64,000 nucleotides of DNA, from the IMG/VR virus record IMGVR_UViG_3300028559_000015, positions 1 through 64,000 of that record; one strand, written 5' to 3'. Shown one piece after another: positions 6,861 to 14,862 of this stretch (positions are counted from its first letter, which is position 1; every line of letters begins with the position of its first letter). The stretch comes from a virus. A program made the translations under genes and the position numbers. Below the pieces are notes generated by a model, which did not search any database, was not told the DNA's origin, and saw only the letters and a program-made list of their open reading frames with translations.

Positions 6861-7064
6861 ATGGGACAAGTTATTCACGTAGATTTCTCTACAAGAAATC
6901 ATCATCAAAATGAACTTTCTGTATATCTGGATTATCTACGAACAAGTGGCTTAGACGAAGATGATGTCCTCGACATTCAAGATGCAATTCTTGACAAGGA
7001 CCGCTACTTCGAAGCAGACGAAATCATTCAAGAGTTTGCAAACAGCTGGTTCGAACAGTCTTGA
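6861..7064 (+). CDS. Hypothetical protein
   Basis: GAGG RBS; acidic ORF. Confidence 0.6.
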   Translation: MGQVIHVDFSTRNHHQNELSVYLDYLRTSGLDEDDVLDIQDAILDKDRYFEADEIIQEFANSWFEQS

Positions 7065-7118
7065 TAAGCAGATTTCAAATCTGACTTACAAATGATAAAT
7101 ACATTTGAGGAGTTAGAT

Positions 7119-7556
7119 ATGAAACAGAAACATAAAGACAAATTTACTGATGCCGAACTTATTGCTCAATATCAAATGATGCCGACTTTAAGCAAGTTGT
7201 CTCATTACTTTGATGTTCCGGATGTTACTATTTGGAGAAGAGCAAAGAAGTTAGGATTGGAATTTAAGATAGGCGGCGCAAACGCAAAGTTTCCACTGTC
7301 TGAAATCTTAGAAGGAAAACACCCTCAATATCAAAGTAACAAGCTAAAACATAGACTTGTCAATGAGGGCGTAAAAGAAGATAAATGTGAAGTGTGTGGA
7401 ATCACAGAATGGCAAGGTGTGCCTATTACAATGCAACTTGACCACATTGACGGTAACTCACACAATCATTTATATGACAACCTAAGATTAGTCTGTCCCA
7501 ACTGTCATGCACAAACAGACACTTGGTGCGGAAAGAATAAAAAAGTTAATGGGTGA
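7119..7556 (+). CDS. HNH homing endonuclease
   Basis: CEVCG...MQLDHIDGN...NLRLVCPNCH; GATAAATA and GAGGAG upstream. Confidence 0.9.
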   Translation: MKQKHKDKFTDAELIAQYQMMPTLSKLSHYFDVPDVTIWRRAKKLGLEFKIGGANAKFPLSEILEGKHPQYQSNKLKHRLVNEGVKEDKCEVCGITEWQGVPITMQLDHIDGNSHNHLYDNLRLVCPNCHAQTDTWCGKNKKVNG

Positions 7557-7636
7557 TCGCCGAAGTTGGAGAGTCGGGACAGTCTGTAAAACTGTTGTGT
7601 AATGCTGAGTTGGTTCGAATCCATCATCACCCACCA
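7551..7636 (+). tRNA. tRNA-Tyr(GTA)
   Basis: ACAGT-CTGTAAA-ACTGT; overlaps the HNH stop. Confidence 0.92.
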
Positions 7637-7643
7637 ATATAAT

Positions 7644-7718
7644 GCGCCTGTAGCTCAGGGGAAGAGCACCGTGCTGATAACGCGGTGGTCGGAGGTTCAA
7701 ATCCTCCCGGGCGCACCA
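7644..7718 (+). tRNA. tRNA-Ile(GAT)
   Basis: CCGTG-CTGATAA-CGCGG. Confidence 0.95.
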
Positions 7719-7763
7719 ATTATAAAAAGTATACGTCAATCATAACTACATAAATATTAATAC

Positions 7764-7853
7764 GGAAGCGTGTCCGAGTGGTTTAAGGATCTTGTCTTGA
7801 AAACAAGCGAGGGTGAAAGTCCTCCGTGAGTTCGAATCTCACCGCTTCCGCCA
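7764..7853 (+). tRNA. tRNA-Ser(TGA)
   Basis: CTTGT-CTTGAAA-ACAAG; long arm. Confidence 0.95.
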
Positions 7854-7873
7854 TCATTCATTAGGAGAAAGAT

Positions 7874-8257
7874 GTGTCATACCTATTATTCTTAGACGAT
7901 GAGCGACATCCTGATGATGTTACGTGGGAAAAGTTCCCCAGAGATTTGGTTACGTTCATCTTAAAAGATTTTGATACGTTCGTGAAGCAAGTCATAACCT
8001 CAGGAATGCCTGCGTTCGTGTGCTTCGATCATGATCTATGTGATCAACACTATGAGGCTATGATAGCAGAAGCGCAAGGTCTTCCGGCAGACTATGGTCC
8101 TAAGAAGACGGGCTATGACGCTGCTAAATGGCTAGTAGATTTCTGTGAAGATAACAAGCGTAAGTTTCCCCGTTATGTGGTTCATTCTATGAATCCGGAA
8201 GGGAAAGAACGAATCATCGCATACATCGAGGATGCTAAGAATCGGCTAGATATCTAG
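7874..8257 (+). CDS. Cyclic-phosphate-processing receiver-like domain protein
   Basis: LFLDDER...FDHDL...TGYD..KWL...VHSMNPEG. Confidence 0.75.
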   Translation: MSYLLFLDDERHPDDVTWEKFPRDLVTFILKDFDTFVKQVITSGMPAFVCFDHDLCDQHYEAMIAEAQGLPADYGPKKTGYDAAKWLVDFCEDNKRKFPRYVVHSMNPEGKERIIAYIEDAKNRLDI

Positions 8258-8262
8258 AATAC

Positions 8263-8352
8263 GGAGAGTTGGCTGAGCGGTCGAAAGCGGCACCCTGCTA
8301 AGGTGTTGTACGGGCAACTGTACCGAGGGTTCGAATCCCTCACTCTCCGCCA
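8263..8352 (+). tRNA. tRNA-Ser(GCT)
   Basis: GCACC-CTGCTAA-GGTGT; long arm. Confidence 0.95.
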
Positions 8353-8578
8353 AGATTTTAAAAATAACAGTTGACATTGGTTATCCGTTTTGCTATATTG
8401 AATTATAAGCTGAGAAAACGGAGTTACAAAGACATGAATAAGCATCGTTTGGTCACTGTCAACGGCGTGATTTATCGCGGGTTTGATATTGATGGTAAAC
8501 TTTATGTTGTTATGATTCCTCTCGGCAATCATGGTGATTGCATCAGGGCTTGACAACGTTCTGTAAAATATGTATAAC

Positions 8579-8660
8579 GCACCGGTGGCAGATTGGGAAT
8601 GCGGTGGACTGCAAATCCGCTACGCAAGTGAAGTAGGTTCGATTCCTACCCGGTGCTCCA
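8579..8660 (+). tRNA. tRNA-Cys(GCA) with enlarged variable loop
   Basis: GTGGA-CTGCAAA-TCCGC; U73. Confidence 0.9.
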
Positions 8661-8774
8661 AATACTAAACATATCGGTACCGATTGAAGTCAAATATTGA
8701 GGACATAGGGCGAATCGGCTAAGAGAATGCATGTGTGACTGCCACTATACGTTTGGTAAAGACAAAGAGATTAA

Positions 8775-8850
8775 AGGCGAATAGTTCAATTGGTAGAACC
8801 TTCTGCTCATAACAGAATAGTTGTCGGTTCAAGTCCGGCTTCGCCTACCA
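8775..8850 (+). tRNA. tRNA-Met/Ile2(CAT)
   Basis: TTCTG-CTCATAA-CAGAA. Confidence 0.9.
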
Positions 8851-8871
8851 AATACTAGAAAGGAGAAGGCA

Positions 8872-9234
8872 ATGGAATGGCCAAAAGTTGATGAAATGCT
8901 CGGTCAGACCTTCTCTAAGGTTTGGTCTGATGACGAGACAGTGACGTTTGAAAATGATGAGGTGCGTTATACGCTCTATCACGCTCAGGATTGTTGCGAA
9001 AGTGTTTACGTCGAAGATATATGCGGTGACTTGGAAGACTTGGAGGGCTGGCCTATGCTAGTCTCCAGAGAAGATACGAACGTTGAAGGTCCGGTCATGG
9101 ATGACGAAAGTTATACGTGGACGTTCTACAACTTCGCAACCTTCAAGGGATTTGTGACTGTTCGATTCTACGGATCCTCGAACGGGTACTATTCAGAAGA
9201 CGTATCTTTCAAGAAAGAGCTACTTGCTAATTGA
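8872..9234 (+). CDS. Conserved phage protein (QDCCE...SNGYYSE family)
   Basis: HAQDCCESV and YGSSNGYYSE motifs; AGGAG RBS. Confidence 0.75.
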   Translation: MEWPKVDEMLGQTFSKVWSDDETVTFENDEVRYTLYHAQDCCESVYVEDICGDLEDLEGWPMLVSREDTNVEGPVMDDESYTWTFYNFATFKGFVTVRFYGSSNGYYSEDVSFKKELLAN

Positions 9235-9433
9235 CAGATTCGAATAACGAAAGAATTTAAGTGAAAGTCTATATCCTTATCAACCGCGAGATATATGGTT
9301 TATCCAGAATTATTGCTGTGTATGACAATCTTGATGAAGCTGAAAAGCATCGTAAGAACCTAAATGATAACGAAGACTTTTTCGACGATAACAACTACTC
9401 TATCGAAACACATAGTGTAGATACAAAGTTTTA

Positions 9434-9519
9434 GGGCGTATTGGACAATTGGTTGGTCCAGCAGACTCTTAATCTGCCGCAGAAATGCCTTGTGAGTTCG
9501 AACCTCACTACGCCCTCCA
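9434..9519 (+). tRNA. tRNA-Lys(CTT) with long variable arm
   Basis: GCAGA-CTCTTAA-TCTGC; extra arm GCA-GAAA-TGC; U73. Confidence 0.82.
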
Positions 9520-9708
9520 ATACAATCCCGGGCGCCCGGGTTGATGCATTTAGGTGCGGTGCGTTGTAAAATAGGCAGGTAACTGCCGAGTGTCACGAAT
9601 TTTTGAGTTGCCGATGAAGCTAGGTCGCTCCTAGACATATGGAAGTAATTACTCTTAGTAGATGTGATGTCTACCCATCGGCAAACGAAGCAATATAAGG
9701 AGGATATC

Positions 9709-9870
9709 ATGCCAGCAATGACATTAGCGAAGTCGGGCAAGCGTTATACTCATGAAGAATGGGTTAAGTTAGACGCCGAAGAACGCATACAGCTTCTTAG
9801 TATGTATGGCCCGGGTTATACAGACGAAGCGTGGAAAAAGCATTACGGTAATAGAAAGAAAAATAAATGA
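9709..9870 (+). CDS. Small hypothetical protein
   Basis: AGGAGG RBS before ATG 9709. Confidence 0.55.
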   Translation: MPAMTLAKSGKRYTHEEWVKLDAEERIQLLSMYGPGYTDEAWKKHYGNRKKNK

Positions 9871-10280
9871 AACATAAGATGTACTGTATCTTTGCTAAAG
9901 AGAGCGTTCAGAAGATGAACGGTATCCGTGGCAAAATGTGTACGCAGGCAGGACATGCTTATCTACACGCATTTTGGGATGCAACTATCCCTAATGCGAA
10001 TCATACTACGATTGCTGAACCTGATATTCTTGTTAAGAAGCAGGAACAGGCACTAGCGTATGCTCACGGTGATCATGCATATAAGATCACTCTTATCGTA
10101 GACACTGTTGATGAGTTGAAAGCATTGCAAGAAGCATACAAGAATGTCTGCGGTACTGCACTAGTGACTGATGCAGGATTCACTGTTTTCAATGAACCGA
10201 CTACGACTTGTCTTGGCATCGGTCCGATACGAGAAGATAACATCGGTGAAGATTTGAAAGCACTAAAGACGTTTACTTAA
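9867..10280 (+). CDS. pth2: Peptidyl-tRNA hydrolase type II
   Basis: GKMCTQAGHA...KITL...VTDAGFT...TTTCLGIGP. Confidence 0.88.
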   Translation: MKHKMYCIFAKESVQKMNGIRGKMCTQAGHAYLHAFWDATIPNANHTTIAEPDILVKKQEQALAYAHGDHAYKITLIVDTVDELKALQEAYKNVCGTALVTDAGFTVFNEPTTTCLGIGPIREDNIGEDLKALKTFT

Positions 10281-10281
10281 T

Positions 10282-10358
10282 GACGGGGTAGCTCAGTTGG
10301 TCAGAGCGCCAGACTCATATTCTGGATGTCGAAGGTTCAAGTCCTTCTTCCGTCACCA
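10282..10358 (+). tRNA. tRNA-Met/Ile2(CAT)
   Basis: CCAGA-CTCATAT-TCTGG. Confidence 0.9.
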
Positions 10359-10366
10359 AACTTAAT

Positions 10367-10443
10367 GGCTCGTTAGTCGAGTTGGTCAAGACGCCAGCCT
10401 GTCACGCTGGAGATCACGGGTTCGAGTCCCGTACGAGTCGCCA
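10367..10443 (+). tRNA. tRNA-Asp(GTC)
   Basis: CCAGC-CTGTCAC-GCTGG. Confidence 0.95.
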
Positions 10444-10514
10444 TTTTTAATACCCAAAACACTGTACAACAGTGATCGTTTATACTATAGTCAGTAAATA
10501 AGAAGGAAACACAC

Positions 10515-11078
10515 ATGAAGATCAATCTACGCAAGGCCAACGCTATTCAAGTAGCGATCAACGAAACTGTCAAGGGCCTTGAATTCAATGCTACGGCTAG
10601 CATTAACGAGTTCCAAGACGCTGACAAAGAGATTCTTGCTGCGTCCAGCAAGTTCAGCGGCAACCTCGCTCGCCGTCTCGCTTTGCTTGATGCCCTTTAC
10701 GAGATTCGTAAGGCGGTCGCGTCGGCAAACGATAGCGCAGGCATCGATGGTCGTCTCGCTGACGTTGCCCGACTTGAAAAGGACCTTCAGTTCTACAGCA
10801 CGTATGCAAAGGCTTCGGTCATTACCGATTCCGCTGTCATCAACGGCAAGCTAGAGAAGATTCGTAACCGCAAGGAAGATGCTTATTCTTACCGAGGCGA
10901 GACGGTCGACACTTCTATCTTTAACGAAAAGGTACTTGAAAGTTTCAAGGGTATCGTTGCTTCTACTAAGAAGCAGAAGCAGAAGCTGCAGGACGAACTC
11001 CTTGAGTTGAACGTCCGCACTGAAATTGAGTTTTCAGCGGCAACTGTTACTACGCTCACCAACGAGAAAATCCTTTAA
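10515..11078 (+). CDS. Coiled-coil protein, possibly DIP1984/septicolysin-like
   Basis: Helical heptads; C-terminal KQKLQDELLELNVRTEIEF. Confidence 0.6.
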   Translation: MKINLRKANAIQVAINETVKGLEFNATASINEFQDADKEILAASSKFSGNLARRLALLDALYEIRKAVASANDSAGIDGRLADVARLEKDLQFYSTYAKASVITDSAVINGKLEKIRNRKEDAYSYRGETVDTSIFNEKVLESFKGIVASTKKQKQKLQDELLELNVRTEIEFSAATVTTLTNEKIL

Positions 11079-11087
11079 GGGGGTATG

Positions 11088-11501
11088 ATGAAAGTCGGTC
11101 TTAGTTACAGTCGTTGTGTTAAGGATATTGTTGACGGCAAGGTCAACATCGATGATGTTTTGGTGGTAATCGCCCGAACCGACTTTGACCCTACTAACGA
11201 TAAGCAGTGGGGAGGAATTTGGGATGGCTACACCGGAGGCGGCCTGTTTAGTCATGCTGAATGGCATGGCTACCCTGACGAGCAGAAGTTCCGTGAGGTA
11301 ACTTTAGAACTCTATAACAGAGGGAAGCTGCATCAGCCACGCAAGTTTGGAGTAATGCCCAAACGTCGTCCAGAGATTTGGTTGGAAGTAGTTCTTCTTG
11401 ACTCTGAACTAGAGCGTAACCCTGCTGCTAAAAATGCATGGGAACAGTTTCAGATGATTGCTGGTCTAACCGACGTTAAGGTAGATCACAACTATCAATA
11501 A
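11088..11501 (+). CDS. Conserved hypothetical phage protein
   Basis: GLSYSRCVKDI...GKLHQPRKFG; GGGGG RBS. Confidence 0.7.
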   Translation: MKVGLSYSRCVKDIVDGKVNIDDVLVVIARTDFDPTNDKQWGGIWDGYTGGGLFSHAEWHGYPDEQKFREVTLELYNRGKLHQPRKFGVMPKRRPEIWLEVVLLDSELERNPAAKNAWEQFQMIAGLTDVKVDHNYQ

Positions 11502-11538
11502 GTTTGGTAGGTCGGCCCCCTAGTAGGGGTAAACTACC

Positions 11539-11766
11539 CGGAAGGAAAAGAGAGACGAGAGTAGGCATTTACGTTTCAGTAATGAAACATTGATCAGGCG
11601 CTTGAAACGCTCCATACTAGCATGAATCAAACTTATTTTGTTGCACATTGTGGTTTGAGTATAAGTTAGTTTTTGCAGTTTGTTTTTTGTTGATTGCTTG
11701 ATAGGTTGTTCTCTTGAGAGACACCGATGCAGATTGCACAGTCTATCACTTACTTTTTTCCTTCTG
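11539..11766 (+). ncRNA. Candidate ncRNA with 14-bp closing stem and internal TTG heptad repeats
   Basis: CGGAAGGAAAAGAG/CTTTTTTCCTTCTG; TTG at 7-nt spacing 11641-11696; T-run after the stem. Confidence 0.6.
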
Positions 11767-11798
11767 TATTTTTTTTTAAATAATAGGCAAAATAGTTC

Positions 11799-12104
11799 TT
11801 GACATTGAGGTCAAGAGCAGCTATATTAAGTAAATCAAGAAAAGCAAAAAAAGTTCTTGACATTTTATAAGGAACTATATATCTGTAGGAGGAAAGAATG
11901 GTTGCAACACAAGAAACAGATAATGCTATTAAAAAATTCTACAGAGATTTGGGATACACGGACAGAATATCTGGAAAACAGCGAAAAATAAATCTAGACG
12001 GTCTTGTAGTTAAGTGGTATAATGAGGGGTTCGATGCTTCATATCCTTTCTGGGATGCTGAAGCATCTTAAGCAGCAAAATAAGTAGTATTAGTTCTTTG
12101 AAAT
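11799..12104 (+). promoter_or_regulatory. Tandem sigma70 promoters and boxA-like element upstream of the large RNA
   Basis: TTGACA..TATATT (11799-11827); second TTGACA near 11857; TAGACG-17-TATAAT (11995-12023); GTTCTTTGAAAT (12093-12104). Confidence 0.6.
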
Positions 12105-12114
12105 TGTTGATGAC

Positions 12115-12222
12115 ATACTCATTAGATGAATACTGTTGGCGTAATGGGGAAGTGGTATCCCTCCCGTAAAGCGGTGGTCCTGGCGTTGGTTCGAATCCAA
12201 CCAGTGTTCTTCTAATGAGTAT
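12115..12222 (+). ncRNA. Stem-clamped tRNA-like ncRNA
   Basis: 21-bp stem 12115-12135/12202-12222; D-loop-like AGTGGTA; T-arm GTTGG-TTCGAAT-CCAAC. Confidence 0.65.
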
Positions 12223-12229
12223 AAGAATT

Positions 12230-13068
12230 GGGGGCATAGCCTCACTAGGGTAGCAGGGAGTAATCTCTGTCAAAGCAAGGTTTCCTATAAACTTGCGCCA
12301 GCAATGGTCCATCTATGCAAGCCTGAGTTAGAGTTGACTCGCTTAAGCGAAAGCAACTCCCGTCTGTAGAAAGGCGGTAGGCAGTAAGTCAGAGTTGAAG
12401 TCCGAAAGGATAGGAACAGAGCCAGTCGGTGAGTTCTAAGAGGGTTGGCGCCCGAACTTCAACTAGCCAAACTGACGAATGTTGAATACTAACAGGTAGT
12501 TATTGAGTCTGACCTCGCAAGGGAAGGCAAGATAGCAATACAAACGAGGAAGGGATAACCGGAATCGTGAAGTATGATTGAGTATCCCGCAAGGAGAAAG
12601 ATACTAGGTGTGTTGTATTCTGTATCTAACAAGATATGGAGCAACTGGAGCAGCACATCTTCGTAGGTTCGCAAATTGCATAATGGTAATGCAACAGTTT
12701 TATGTACTGTAGATTCTAGGTTCAACTCCTAGTTTGTAACACAAAAGCGAAAGACTGCTCCGGTATATGTTTAAAGGTGCTTAATACCACACTCGCAAGG
12801 GAATGTGGTTCAGGGATGCTCGCAAGGCGGAACTGATTGATCGGAAAGAAAGCGTAGGTTCTTAGCGGAATCGAACTGCTCGCAAGGCAGGCGAAGGATA
12901 GATGGTCGAGTAGACATATGCGACGAGTCAAACGCCAGACTCTAAAAAAGGCAGCATTGAGTGATACTAGGTGACTGTAAAAAGCTCTAGTGGATAACGG
13001 TAGAACGGTCCTCGCAAGGGATTCGGTAATGACCAAAGACACTCGCTACAAGCCCGTAATCTCAGGGT
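12230..13068 (+). ncRNA. Large ornate RNA, probably GOLLD class, with embedded tRNA-like domain (12667-12740)
   Basis: ~840 nt without a credible ORF; about six CGCAAG-capped hairpins; GGTGTGTTGTATT; terminal hairpin GCCC-GTAATCTCA-GGGT; located in a phage tRNA array. Confidence 0.75.
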
Positions 13069-13096
13069 GGATTATAAATAGACTAAATAATATTAG

Positions 13097-13206
13097 ACTA
13101 TTTTGATGAACGCATTCGCAATCAGGACGCTGATGCTCGTTGAAGTGGAGTAGGAAGTAGCTACCTATGACATGGAGAGTTGGCTGAGTGTGTTCTTCAA
13201 AATAGT
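13097..13206 (+). ncRNA. Stem-clamped ncRNA
   Basis: 21-bp stem 13097-13117/13186-13206 containing GATGAA/TTCTTC. Confidence 0.6.
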
Positions 13207-13210
13207 TTAT

Positions 13211-13289
13211 CGCGGGGTAGAGGAGTTGGGTCGTCCTCGCCGGTCTCATAAATCGGAAATCGTTGGTTCAAATCCAACTCCCGCAACCA
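13211..13289 (+). tRNA. Initiator tRNA-fMet(CAT)
   Basis: C1-A72 mismatch; CCGGT-CTCATAA-ATCGG. Confidence 0.88.
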
Positions 13290-13296
13290 ATACTAA

Positions 13297-13370
13297 GCGG
13301 CATTAGCATAGTGGTAATGCTCCAGCCTTCCAAGCTGATTAGAAGGGTTCGATTCCCTTATGCCGCTCCA
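13297..13370 (+). tRNA. tRNA-Gly(TCC)
   Basis: CAGC-CTTCCAA-GCTG; U73. Confidence 0.93.
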
Positions 13371-13386
13371 AAACAGTGCGTGAGAT

Positions 13387-13806
13387 ATGATTGATAGAAA
13401 ATGTGACGGTTGTAATAAATGCTGTCAGGGACACTTGACTGCTACTATATACGGATTTGAAATGTATCCGGGAAAACCTTGTCACTTCGCATCTAAGACA
13501 GGATGTTCTATCTATCCACTCAGACCCGCTGATCCTTGTCAAGGATTCAAGTGTGTTTGGAAATCTAACGTAGCAGTTCCTATCTCATTCAAACCTGATG
13601 AAATTGGGATGATAATGATTGATGCAGTGAAAGACGGCATTCCTTACGTAAGTATAGTGTCTGCTGGTAAAGAAATTTCACTAGAAGTCATTGATTGGGC
13701 TGTCGGGATGGTAAACTCTGGTAAGATCGAAAATATCGTTTATAAACAAAACAACGGTATTAGGATCATATCACACAATAAAGACTTCGTTGACAAGTTC
13801 ACTTGA
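13387..13806 (+). CDS. Cys-rich CxxCxxCC (YkgJ-like Fe-S/Zn) protein
   Basis: CDGCNKCC...GCSIYPLRP..PCQGFKCVW. Confidence 0.75.
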   Translation: MIDRKCDGCNKCCQGHLTATIYGFEMYPGKPCHFASKTGCSIYPLRPADPCQGFKCVWKSNVAVPISFKPDEIGMIMIDAVKDGIPYVSIVSAGKEISLEVIDWAVGMVNSGKIENIVYKQNNGIRIISHNKDFVDKFT

Positions 13807-13822
13807 TCGAGTCAACTTAAAT

Positions 13823-13897
13823 GCGGGCATAGCTCAGTGGTAGAGCGTCACCTTGCCAAGGTGAATGTCGGGGGTTCGAATCCCCCTGCCCGCTCCA
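13823..13897 (+). tRNA. tRNA-Gly(GCC)
   Basis: TCACC-TTGCCAA-GGTGA. Confidence 0.95.
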
Positions 13898-13918
13898 ATA
13901 CTTTAAGATAAATACGTT

Positions 13919-14407
13919 ATGATTTACATAGCGTATCAAGGTATCTACGATGGCACTAATTTTCAAGATGCCAACACTCCTAACCAAATTGGAAGAGCGT
14001 TCAATCACGGCTTCTCATGTATGGTTGACGTATGGAGAGTAGACGATCAAATATATTTAGGTACTGATCAACCTCTCATACCTGTCACAGCAGAGTATTT
14101 GAGAGGCAATCGTTTTTGGCTAAATGCTAGTAACGCTGACATGTACACCTGGTTGCAGAGTCAACCACCAAAACTATATCCAAACTATTTTCAGTTCTCA
14201 AATGATACTGAATCAAACACTCCAACTACTAGCGGAGGGCAAGTGATTGTTCCTGGAAACGTCCCGCTCGCTGCTAATAGCATCATGTTCATACCTGAAC
14301 GAGTGGATAGAGGATTGCTTAGTACAGTGAAATTTAAATGCTACGGTGTGATCAGTAACTATCTGTCATTCATCAAACGGATGCGCTTTGAAGGAATATG
14401 GTTTTAA
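13919..14407 (+). CDS. GDPD/PLC-like phosphodiesterase fold, catalytic His residues substituted
   Basis: IAYQG..NTP..I..A...GF..MVDVW...YLGTD versus the usual IAHRG/EIDVW/LGHD. Confidence 0.6.
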   Translation: MIYIAYQGIYDGTNFQDANTPNQIGRAFNHGFSCMVDVWRVDDQIYLGTDQPLIPVTAEYLRGNRFWLNASNADMYTWLQSQPPKLYPNYFQFSNDTESNTPTTSGGQVIVPGNVPLAANSIMFIPERVDRGLLSTVKFKCYGVISNYLSFIKRMRFEGIWF

Positions 14408-14409
14408 CT

Positions 14410-14862
14410 TCATAAATCTATCTTGCAGTATGCATTTGCATCGCTGGTTTCGGAACCTTCCCAATCAGAAGCTAGCTCAAATCCGGCAGCAAGGTATGAC
14501 TTCCAGCTTGATTTTCTAGGATAGCTCCAGCACATAGTAGCATCTTCTTTTCGTGCTTGGTCAATTGTTGCTAGCAGCAAGTCTCTTCCGAGATTCTTCC
14601 CCCTGAACTTTTCAAACACAAAAAGACCTCTTGAACGATATTGAAGGTCTTTGCACATATGTCCACTATTGACACCTGCGATCTCTCCATTGATAAAGAT
14701 GGCGAAGAACGTGGGTGGTTTTTCCATATTAAACGAATCATATCCTTCTAGGAAGCACATCGCACTGTTGGGCGTGATATCGCTTAGTCTATCAGGCCAC
14801 AGGTAAGTACTCCAGATCGGGTAGATTTCATCGAACGTGATTGCTGAGAGTTGCACTGTCAT
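14410..14862 (-). CDS. GNAT acetyltransferase
   Basis: RGLFVFEKFRGKNLGRDLL acetyl-CoA motif A; YLAAGF. Confidence 0.85.
   Translation of the reverse strand: MTVQLSAITFDEIYPIWSTYLWPDRLSDITPNSAMCFLEGYDSFNMEKPPTFFAIFINGEIAGVNSGHMCKDLQYRSRGLFVFEKFRGKNLGRDLLLATIDQARKEDATMCWSYPRKSSWKSYLAAGFELASDWEGSETSDANAYCKIDL

Noticed and set aside
11641-11700. CRISPR-like or other guide array
   Set aside because: Only 3-nt units at 7-nt spacing; no repeat-spacer structure and no cas genes in the window.
12230-13068. rRNA fragment
   Set aside because: GNRA-rich, but no recognisable universal 16S/23S sequence.
510-13542. Many short track ORFs overlapping tRNAs and the large RNA (e.g. 510-704, 2641-2907, 12722-13042)
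   Set aside because: Shadow frames of RNA genes with no RBS or protein motifs.
241-13897. Stop-codon reassignment
   Set aside because: No suppressor anticodons; conserved genes are uninterrupted and end in TAA, TAG or TGA under the standard code.
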